A stretch of 10,771 nt of DNA from Candidatus Thorarchaeota archaeon (GTDB lineage: Archaea; Asgardarchaeota; Thorarchaeia; Thorarchaeales; Thorarchaeaceae). The position numbers and the translations under genes were made by a program. The DNA lies in assembly GCA_048882385.1 (NCBI GenBank), contig JBHLRQ010000104.1, positions 1 to 10,771 of the forward strand, read 5' to 3'. The notes beneath the pieces are model-generated. The model was not told the origin of the DNA, made no database searches, and saw nothing but the letters and a program-made list of their open reading frames with translations. Positions 1 through 6,498 of the stretch are shown here, one piece after another (the first letter of the stretch is position 1; the number at the start of each line of letters is the position of its first letter).

Positions 1-652
1 GAGCTACTTCGATGACAAGTATAACCAAAAGTGTAATCCCTGCACCAAGTTGCCGTTCGTGAATGTAGACCTGAAGAGCGGATTGTAGTAGAATAGCTGA
101 TAGTAAATTACCTAGAATACTCAGGAGCAAGAGTGTTAATGGAATTGTGAACCACTCAGGGAGATCTAGGAATGTTATTGACGGAATACTCCATGGTGTC
201 ATATACTGGAAATACAACATGCCAAGGAAGAATATCAACTCGAACACCATCATGATGATGGCACCAAATCCAGTGATTCGTAATATCAGATTGTCTACTT
301 TATCAGCCCAATCCATGTTCGCTAACTTCAGATAGTCTTCATTGAGTGGTTTGGCCCATTCACTCTCAGCAATGCAAGCTGGTTTATCGCAATTCACTAT
401 GGTAAGAAGTTTACCTCCGTACTCCCCCACTCTCTTCTGCTCACATTCCTCACAGATAAGGTCTCCACAGACATGACATACCTCTTTTGCTAACGTCCCT
501 GGGTGGTTGACACAGTCTCTACTCTGACTCGAACCAAGAACTGGAGCCGCACAGTATTCGCATCGGTTGACCTTGTCTTTATTGAAAACAGTAACAGGTC
601 CGCCACACACCGGACAGAGAACATTTTCTTGTTTTGTTTCAGTCAGTGTCAA
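1..652 (-). CDS. Zn-ribbon + B-box-like Zn-finger multi-pass membrane protein (partial, runs off the left edge)
   Basis: Not in the ORF track because its stop lies outside the window. Manual translation from TTG at 652 (TTGA overlap with the upstream stop) gives 217 open codons: MTLTETKQENVLCPVCGGPVTVFNKDKVNRCEYCAAPVLGSSQSRDCVNHPGTLAKEVCHVCGDLICEECEQKRVGEYGGKLLTIVNCDKPAC..., followed by at least 3 hydrophobic segments (ITGFGAIIMMVFELIFFLGMLYF; WFTIPLTLLLLSILGNLLSAILL; LGAGITLLVILVIEVA). Confidence 0.88.
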   Translation of the reverse strand, partial: MTLTETKQENVLCPVCGGPVTVFNKDKVNRCEYCAAPVLGSSQSRDCVNHPGTLAKEVCHVCGDLICEECEQKRVGEYGGKLLTIVNCDKPACIAESEWAKPLNEDYLKLANMDWADKVDNLILRITGFGAIIMMVFELIFFLGMLYFQYMTPWSIPSITFLDLPEWFTIPLTLLLLSILGNLLSAILLQSALQVYIHERQLGAGITLLVILVIEVA

Positions 653-2145
653 TGTCTAGACCCCCAGTATGAATCAGCATGTTTTCTCTTCAATTCCCGA
701 TGTCTTTTTTCATAGTTCCCTCGGAATTGCTCACGTCTTCTTTGTTCAAGTTCACGCTTCAACTGTGTAGCTCGATAATCATCCTCCCATGAGCGGACGG
801 TAGGTCTCAGTTTTGATTGAGTGACTTTCACCTTTTGGCGTGTAGCCAGACTCTTTACACGTGCATTGTCTACTGAGACAAAGTCAGTTCTACTTATGAT
901 CTTTGCAGCTTCAATTGTTACAGCAATTAGTCCCGCGTAAAAGAGAATCGGAATTATAATTATTGCACCCAATAACATCAAGACTGCCGCCAATATTGGA
1001 ATCGCGATAATAATAATGACAATGAGTAAAATGGCTCCTGCACAACTATCTCCACCACCACTACCGCCTCCTCCAGACTTACCAATACTTGCTAAGAGTT
1101 CAAGTGGGAGTCTCCAAATGTGTTTCATGCTGTTTGCATAGACTCCTAGGAAACTACGATACATACTCCCTACTCTAGCGAATCTCCCGCCAGCAGAAGT
1201 GAATAGTTTGTCAATCGGAATGACCAAGGATGCCGTTGTGACTGCAGGTCTATATCTTCCTTCGAAACACCTACGACAAAGGTACACTGCTGAACCTTCC
1301 CATTTCTCGTCAACTGGAGGTTCTTGAACAGTCAAACATTGTCTGCAAAAGTGATTTCCACAAACATTGCATGTTGTAGCAGCCAAGAATTCATTGTGAT
1401 TTACACAAGGCACAAAGACACCACTGACTCCAAGAACGACTCCGCAATAGTCGCATTCAACAGTGTTGTCATCCTTTGCCTTTGTAAGAGGAGTGGCTCC
1501 GCCGCAGTTTGAACATAAAATTGCCATTCCTTCTTCTGTGACAACTTTTCGGATATCGAGAATTTTCTTTTCATCATCTGGAGATAGCTTACTCACTCCA
1601 TCCGGTGCGAGGAGCATCGGTTCCAGAGGACTAGGCATGAGCCCCGCTTCGATGAGTCTAGCCTGAGCTTTATCTCTTACAACAATTGCACCAGCAGGTG
1701 GAATGGCCTTGTTCCATCTAACTAGAAGATAGATGATTATCAATGATTGAGAGGCAACGATGAAGGCGGCAACATTTCCTATAGCAATTTCAAAATTTTC
1801 TACTCCGAACAATGGGAAACTCCATGAATACGAAATCCCCTGCACATAGAGTAAAATAGCACACAAACCAATAGCTATGAGACTGTAGAGAACTTGCGAG
1901 ATGACAGCCCATTTTCGAAGATCATCAACGTAATATCCAATTACTAGGCAAGGGAATGCTACACCTCCAAAAATCAGCAAGGTGTAAACATAACCAATAG
2001 AGTCTAATGAGCCAGTGATTGTAGCAATGAGAAGTCCGATTGTAGCAATAACACCAAACAATCCAAATGTCATCTGTGTGACACTTATCAGTCGAAGTCC
2101 TATAGGTCTGTCAAAGATGGTGTAAACTTTATTCTCTTCAGACAA
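649..2145 (-). CDS. Multi-pass membrane protein with a central Zn-ribbon + B-box-like Zn-finger module and a charged C-terminal tail
   Basis: 498-aa ORF with a TTG start preceded by AGGTG (SD-like). It has about 4 N-terminal TM helices, a CSNC..CDYC ribbon, then CVNH-x8-CNVC-x4-CRQC-x19-CRRC, a Gly-rich linker (GGGGSGGGD), a long hydrophobic hairpin and an R/E/K-rich helical tail. Confidence 0.88.
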   Translation of the reverse strand: MSEENKVYTIFDRPIGLRLISVTQMTFGLFGVIATIGLLIATITGSLDSIGYVYTLLIFGGVAFPCLVIGYYVDDLRKWAVISQVLYSLIAIGLCAILLYVQGISYSWSFPLFGVENFEIAIGNVAAFIVASQSLIIIYLLVRWNKAIPPAGAIVVRDKAQARLIEAGLMPSPLEPMLLAPDGVSKLSPDDEKKILDIRKVVTEEGMAILCSNCGGATPLTKAKDDNTVECDYCGVVLGVSGVFVPCVNHNEFLAATTCNVCGNHFCRQCLTVQEPPVDEKWEGSAVYLCRRCFEGRYRPAVTTASLVIPIDKLFTSAGGRFARVGSMYRSFLGVYANSMKHIWRLPLELLASIGKSGGGGSGGGDSCAGAILLIVIIIIAIPILAAVLMLLGAIIIIPILFYAGLIAVTIEAAKIISRTDFVSVDNARVKSLATRQKVKVTQSKLRPTVRSWEDDYRATQLKRELEQRRREQFRGNYEKRHRELKRKHADSYWGSRH

Positions 2146-2210
2146 AACACCTTTCCCCTAACGCGTGCGTTCTAACCTTTACGGTTGATAGCAAACATTC
2201 GGATTGAGTG

Positions 2211-2217
2211 CTTAAAA
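2211..2217 (-). promoter_or_regulatory. Putative archaeal TATA box for the Zn-finger membrane protein operon
   Basis: TTTTAAG on the minus strand, about 65 nt upstream of TTG 2145, in the divergent intergenic region. Confidence 0.35.
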
Positions 2218-2299
2218 TGTCTACGCCTAGACTAGCTAATCATAAACTAGCAACTCAAATAAGGATGTTTTACACCATTCTGGAAACTGAGTGAGAGCT

Positions 2300-2488
2300 A
2301 TGACTGAGATTCCAATGCCCGGTGACTACGGAGCACCTGAGCGACAACCTCCACCGCAAGAGAAAGGCTGTTGCTCTAGATGTTGTGAATGTTGGATGTG
2401 GATTCTTTTAGGATGTGTTGCAATATTCGTAATTTGGATTATCTTAGCCTTGAGTATGGGATTATGGTTCTTTGGTCTCTTTGGTTAA
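2300..2488 (+). CDS. Small Pro/Gln-rich, Cys-rich tail-anchored membrane protein (CYSTM-like architecture)
   Basis: MTEIPMPGDYGAPERQPPPQEKGCCSRCCECWMWILLGCVAIFVIWIILALSMGLWFFGLFG. It fills an otherwise empty gap and has a strongly non-random composition. ATG 2300 is preferred over GTG 2291. Confidence 0.75.
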   Translation: MTEIPMPGDYGAPERQPPPQEKGCCSRCCECWMWILLGCVAIFVIWIILALSMGLWFFGLFG

Positions 2489-2508
2489 AACAACAATAAA
2501 TCCATTAA

Positions 2509-2515
2509 TTTATAA
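2509..2515 (+). promoter_or_regulatory. Putative archaeal TATA box for the VIT1-desulfhydrase operon
   Basis: TTTATAA about 50 nt upstream of GTG 2566. GGAG at 2551-2554 lies within the short palindrome ACTCC-T-GGAGT. Confidence 0.5.
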
Positions 2516-2565
2516 CCAACCTAAATGAGTACGCCAACTATCTGACTCCTGGAGTAACGAACTCT

Positions 2566-3234
2566 GTGGCCGATTCTGAAGAAGATAACAGTCGATACCC
2601 CACCCTTGAAGGTGGGCGAATAAACCGAATTATGAGAGCCCTGGAATTAACTCAGGGTGTTGAAATTGCGCGAAGATACCTAGCAATGAATGCATTCGAT
2701 GGTGCGCTGACAATGCTGGGACTTATTCTTGGTGGGCTAATAACAATCAACCCTGCTATGCCTGAAGAGGCAAGTCTCCAGTTCAATGCTATTCTCCTTG
2801 CTGCTGCAGGTACTAGTATCGCTATGGCCATCTCCGGATTTAGTGGTTCATATTTGACAGAAAGTGCAGAGAGAGACCGAGAGGTTGAAGAAATAGGAAA
2901 AGCAATGTTGAGTGACATGAGTGAATCTATGTATGCAAAAGCCACGCGAACAACCTCTGTTGTTGTTGCTGTAGTTGATGGAGCATCTCCAGCAATAGCT
3001 GCATTTATCATAATCATTCCTCTCTTCTTTGTGCCCTCAGGGGTCCTTGATTATCGAATGGCATTTTATATAGCAATAGTAATCTGCATGGCTCTGCTAT
3101 TTTCTTTGGGACTATTCCTCGGTTCAGTTTCGAAAAAGAATATGTGGTCCTATGGAGCGAAGACATTGTTTGCAGGAATTATGACCGCCATTCTTATGTT
3201 CATAATATCTTTGCTCACAGGTGCGAGCGGATAG
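2566..3234 (+). CDS. VIT1/CCC1 family Fe2+/Mn2+ transporter (archaeal TIGR00267-like)
   Basis: ARRYLAMNAFDGALTMLG (TM1 Asp), IAMAISGFSGSYLTESAER (TM2 Met followed by an acidic cytoplasmic segment), about 5 TM helices. Confidence 0.88.
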   Translation: MADSEEDNSRYPTLEGGRINRIMRALELTQGVEIARRYLAMNAFDGALTMLGLILGGLITINPAMPEEASLQFNAILLAAAGTSIAMAISGFSGSYLTESAERDREVEEIGKAMLSDMSESMYAKATRTTSVVVAVVDGASPAIAAFIIIIPLFFVPSGVLDYRMAFYIAIVICMALLFSLGLFLGSVSKKNMWSYGAKTLFAGIMTAILMFIISLLTGASG

Positions 3235-3237
3235 ATC

Positions 3238-4215
3238 ATGTTTGATGACCTGCCCAGGGAAAAGCTAGCCTTCCTCCCAACACCTTTGCATCGATTAAAG
3301 AATCTTGGAGAATCCATCGGTTTGAATCAGCTTTGGATTAAGAGGGATGATCAGACTGGTGCAGCGTTTGGGGGCAACAAGACACGCAAACTTGAGTTTG
3401 TAGTGGGTGATGCAAAGGCTAACAAAGCGGACACATTAGTAACTGTTGGTGGAGTTCAAAGCAATCATTGCAGACAGACTGCTTCAGTTGCTGCTGCCAT
3501 GGGGTTGCGCTGTATTCTCCTTCTTGCTGGGGAAGAGCCAGAAACCTATACAGGGAATGTTCTGCTCAACAAATTCTTGGGTGCAGAAATGAAGTTCTTT
3601 CCAGATGATGCACCCATGATGCTTGATAACCGATTAGATGAGATTATGAACACATTAACAGAATTCGGTCTTACACCTTATGCCATTCCTGCAGGAGCTG
3701 CTTTTCCAGTCGGGGTTGTTCCCTATGCACTAGCAATGCAAGAATTGAAACAGCAGTTTGAACCTCACAACACTTTTCCTGAGAAAATCATTGTTGCTGT
3801 TGGAACTGGAGGTACCCAGGCTGGCTTGATTATTGGTGCAAACATGCTTGAACTTGATGTTGATATCATTGGAATCACTGTTTCAAGATCTGCAGATGAA
3901 TCCGCCGAAAGAGTTCGAGACTTGATTGAACGGACAATTGACACGTACCCTGAAATCGATTCTTTCAAGCCTAAGATAATCATTGACGACAGCTTCATTG
4001 GCAAGGGCTATGGCGTTTTAGAAGAAGGAGTCATCAGTTCGATTGAGATGTTCGCAAAGATGGATGGAATTATTCTTGATCCTGTGTATACTGGGAAGGC
4101 TGGTCTAGCACTGATTCGTATGGCTTTAGCTGGAGATATATCTGCAGATGTTCCTACACTTTTCTATCACACAGGTGGACAACCTGCTCTGTTCACATAT
4201 TCAGAGCTTGGATAA
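3238..4215 (+). CDS. PLP-dependent D-cysteine desulfhydrase family protein (ACC deaminase/DcyD/CuyA superfamily)
   Basis: Motifs PTPLHRL, KRDD..GGNKTRKLEF (PLP lysine), GGVQSNHCR, VGTGGTQAG, LDPVYTGK and HTGG. DPVYT rather than DPVYE argues against a true ACC deaminase. Confidence 0.92.
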   Translation: MFDDLPREKLAFLPTPLHRLKNLGESIGLNQLWIKRDDQTGAAFGGNKTRKLEFVVGDAKANKADTLVTVGGVQSNHCRQTASVAAAMGLRCILLLAGEEPETYTGNVLLNKFLGAEMKFFPDDAPMMLDNRLDEIMNTLTEFGLTPYAIPAGAAFPVGVVPYALAMQELKQQFEPHNTFPEKIIVAVGTGGTQAGLIIGANMLELDVDIIGITVSRSADESAERVRDLIERTIDTYPEIDSFKPKIIIDDSFIGKGYGVLEEGVISSIEMFAKMDGIILDPVYTGKAGLALIRMALAGDISADVPTLFYHTGGQPALFTYSELG

Positions 4216-4226
4216 GGAGCCTAGAC

Positions 4227-4234
4227 AAAAAAAA
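4227..4234 (-). terminator. Oligo-T (T8) archaeal-type terminator of the alcohol dehydrogenase gene
   Basis: A8 on the plus strand (T8 on minus), about 28 nt past the ADH stop in a convergent intergenic gap. Confidence 0.5.
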
Positions 4235-4262
4235 GCTCAATGCAGTAAAGGACTCAGTGTTT

Positions 4263-5294
4263 TTAGGTTCCTGAATGAGTGGAGTCGTTATAGAGGACGA
4301 TTCGATAGCGTGCCTTGTTCTCCCTCACTTTCTGAATTGCTTCGTTTATCTCATTCATGGAGAGCAATTCTAACTTGGGCATAATGTTATGGGCTTGTGC
4401 GAATGAGAGCATTTCTTGCATTGTTGTTCGATTACCGAGGAAAGATCCTATGATTGAAAGTTGGTGTGCCACGAGGTCAGTTGAATTGAACGCCACATCT
4501 GGGAATCCTACTAGAATCAGTTTACCATTCTTCTTCAGGGTGTTCAACAGCATTTCCCAGTTGATTTTGTCACTGGCGGTGCATAATAATAGGTCGAAAT
4601 TGAATTCAAGTTGTCGCAGGCTTGTTTGGTCATCCGAAAGGACAAAGTGATCAGCGCCAAAAGCGAGAGCTTCTTCCTTCTTCTCTGGAGAAGAAGAAAT
4701 AGCTGTGACTTGATAGTCTAGGGCATTGGCAAACTGCAATGCAAGGTGACCTAATCCTCCCACACCGATGATACCAATTTTCTGTGCAGGTTGTATTGCG
4801 TACGATTGCAGTGGAGAATAAACAGTAATTCCAGCGCACATTAGCACAGCAGCCACCTCTGAGAGCATAGTATCAGGCAATGTATAGGCAAATCGGCTAT
4901 CTACAACAATAGATGACGAAAACCCGCCATAGGGGACCCATGTTCCTGAACGGACAATGTCCATGCAAAGCTGTTCTTCACCCTGTATGCACCATTCACA
5001 TTGCATGCAGGAACGTCCCTGCCATCCGACGCCAACTCGATCCCCCTCTTTCAAATTATAAACTGAGCGCCCTATATCTGACACAGTTCCAACAATCTCA
5101 TGACCAGGGACAAAGGGATAGTCGGTTATTCCATAGTAGTCATCGATGGCATGTATATCAGTGTGACACACACCACAATGCGTGATTGAAACTTGGACAT
5201 CATGTTCACCTAATTTGGGTAGATCGTAGGAGATAGGTTCGAGTAGCTGTCCAACCCCTTTTGCTGCGTACCCTAGAGCTCTCGAAGATGACAT
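4263..5294 (-). CDS. Zn-dependent NADP(H) alcohol dehydrogenase/aldehyde reductase, cinnamyl alcohol dehydrogenase (Ahr/YjgB/YahK-like) family
   Basis: CGVCHTD and GHEIVG (catalytic Zn), CMQCEWCIQGEEQLC (structural Zn), LMCAGITVYSPL, GVGGLGH Rossmann motif, ISSSPEK (no acidic residue after beta-B, so NADP-type), C-terminal ARYRIVL. GAGGCGG SD-like sequence upstream. Confidence 0.95.
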   Translation of the reverse strand: MSSSRALGYAAKGVGQLLEPISYDLPKLGEHDVQVSITHCGVCHTDIHAIDDYYGITDYPFVPGHEIVGTVSDIGRSVYNLKEGDRVGVGWQGRSCMQCEWCIQGEEQLCMDIVRSGTWVPYGGFSSSIVVDSRFAYTLPDTMLSEVAAVLMCAGITVYSPLQSYAIQPAQKIGIIGVGGLGHLALQFANALDYQVTAISSSPEKKEEALAFGADHFVLSDDQTSLRQLEFNFDLLLCTASDKINWEMLLNTLKKNGKLILVGFPDVAFNSTDLVAHQLSIIGSFLGNRTTMQEMLSFAQAHNIMPKLELLSMNEINEAIQKVRENKARYRIVLYNDSTHSGT

Positions 5295-5371
5295 TCGCTA
5301 GACCGCCTCTATTCAATTGTGCTTTTTTGAAGATAGCATATGGAAACTCTAAGGAAAACCTCTAACTTGGA

Positions 5372-5378
5372 TATTAAT
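5372..5378 (-). promoter_or_regulatory. Putative TATA box for the ADH gene
   Basis: ATTAATA on the minus strand preceded by purine-rich GAGAAC, about 78 nt upstream of ATG 5294. Confidence 0.35.
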
Positions 5379-5496
5379 GTTCTCACACGAGTGGTGAGTG
5401 CTTCGAGATGTGTGCTAAAATGAAAGGGATTTTTCTCAGCAATTTGTACTCTGAAAGGACAGGTCTTGCACGAATCGGTATGGCTTTTGCTGGAGA

Positions 5497-5512
5497 GATA
5501 TCAACTGATATC
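5497..5512. promoter_or_regulatory. Perfect inverted repeat, candidate transcription-factor operator
   Basis: GATATCA-AC-TGATATC, ending 25 nt upstream of the TTATATA box of the AAA-VWA operon. Confidence 0.4.
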
Positions 5513-5523
5513 ATGACCCTTTT

Positions 5524-5543
5524 GAAAAAGAGTAGATTATATA
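5524..5543 (+). promoter_or_regulatory. Putative BRE-TATA promoter of the AAA-VWA operon
   Basis: Purine-rich GAAAAAGAGTAGA directly followed by TTATATA (5537-5543). Confidence 0.55.
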
Positions 5544-5582
5544 CCCTGACCAAGTACAAGAGAATACTTCAAATGGGGGCAT

Positions 5583-6494
5583 TTGGTATTGCAGAGTGAA
5601 ATGAAACTTTTCAAGGAGTCCTTTGACGAACGGCTTGCTGCAGCAACAAAAGAGCAAGTTCGTATCGTCATAAAAGAACAGTACGCGGATGCTTTTGATG
5701 TTCTATCTGACTGTGAGAATGCAAATCTCATCCCTGGAATTATAGGTCCTCCAGGTGTCGGCAAGACCTTACTATTACGAGCTTATGCAGAAAAAAGCAA
5801 TAGAGACCTATACTGGATTACTGGAGACGAAGGAGTCCGTCCATCGCATCTAACAGGAGCTTTCAACCCAAGCATTGTGTTGAACAAGGGATTTACACTG
5901 GAAGCATTTGAGCCTGGACCATTACTCAAGAGCATGGTCTTTGGCGGAGTATTCGGTCTCAATGAAGGAAATCGTCTGAGTGAGTATGTTCAGAATTCAC
6001 TGCTTGATCCGTTTGAGGAGAGATCTATCAATGTGCAGAGATTGGGTAGGATTCGTGCTCACGAAGGCTTCTATCCAGTTCTGACAATGAATCCTGAAGA
6101 GATGAGTGGAGCACACAGACTGAGCGAGGCGTTAAGAGACCGTGTCAGAGTCTGGATTCGTCTTGGATACCCACGTAAGGAAACAGAAATTGAGATTGTC
6201 AAGATGAACTGCCCAGAGTACAACTTGAGTGATGCAGTTCTGGAGAAGGTCTATGGTCTCGTATCATCAACAAGAGTCAATACAGACATTGAAATCCCAG
6301 CAAGTATCAGGGCAGGAATTTCCATATCTCGTCTTGCCGCTCAGATGACAAAGAGGCTGAAAGAGAAGACTATCTCTCACAGCACGCTTTCAAAAGCTGC
6401 AACATATGTACTGGTTGGAGCACTTCGTTTCAGACCGGGAATTGATCCCGAACCTGCTGTGAACTCATTGGTCAGACGGAATCTGGGGAGTTAA
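5583..6494 (+). CDS. MoxR-family AAA+ ATPase (GvpN/CoxD/NorQ-like)
   Basis: Walker A GPPGVGKT (5745-5768), helix-2 insert PSHLTG and FEPGPL, Walker B variant VFGLNEGNR, sensor-1 TMNP, LSEALRDR arginine finger, lid motif PASIR. The start may instead be ATG 5601, which is preceded by GAGTGA. Confidence 0.92.
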   Translation: MVLQSEMKLFKESFDERLAAATKEQVRIVIKEQYADAFDVLSDCENANLIPGIIGPPGVGKTLLLRAYAEKSNRDLYWITGDEGVRPSHLTGAFNPSIVLNKGFTLEAFEPGPLLKSMVFGGVFGLNEGNRLSEYVQNSLLDPFEERSINVQRLGRIRAHEGFYPVLTMNPEEMSGAHRLSEALRDRVRVWIRLGYPRKETEIEIVKMNCPEYNLSDAVLEKVYGLVSSTRVNTDIEIPASIRAGISISRLAAQMTKRLKEKTISHSTLSKAATYVLVGALRFRPGIDPEPAVNSLVRRNLGS

Positions 6495-6498
6495 TACA

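Noticed and set aside
147-715. Plus-strand ORFs 147-335 and 503-715
   Set aside because: They are antisense to the motif-bearing minus-strand gene at 1-652 and have no recognisable features.
3238-4215. Call as a true ACC deaminase (acdS)
   Set aside because: It has DPVYT rather than the diagnostic DPVYE glutamate.
5408-5599. 63-aa ORF in the ADH-MoxR intergenic region
   Set aside because: It has no motif, runs across the BRE-TATA and the palindrome, and overlaps the ATPase start, so it is probably spurious. A small protein cannot be fully excluded.
5583-6494. Call as gvpN, coxD or chlI
   Set aside because: There are no gas-vesicle, CO dehydrogenase or chelatase genes in the window, and the motifs support only a generic MoxR-type assignment.
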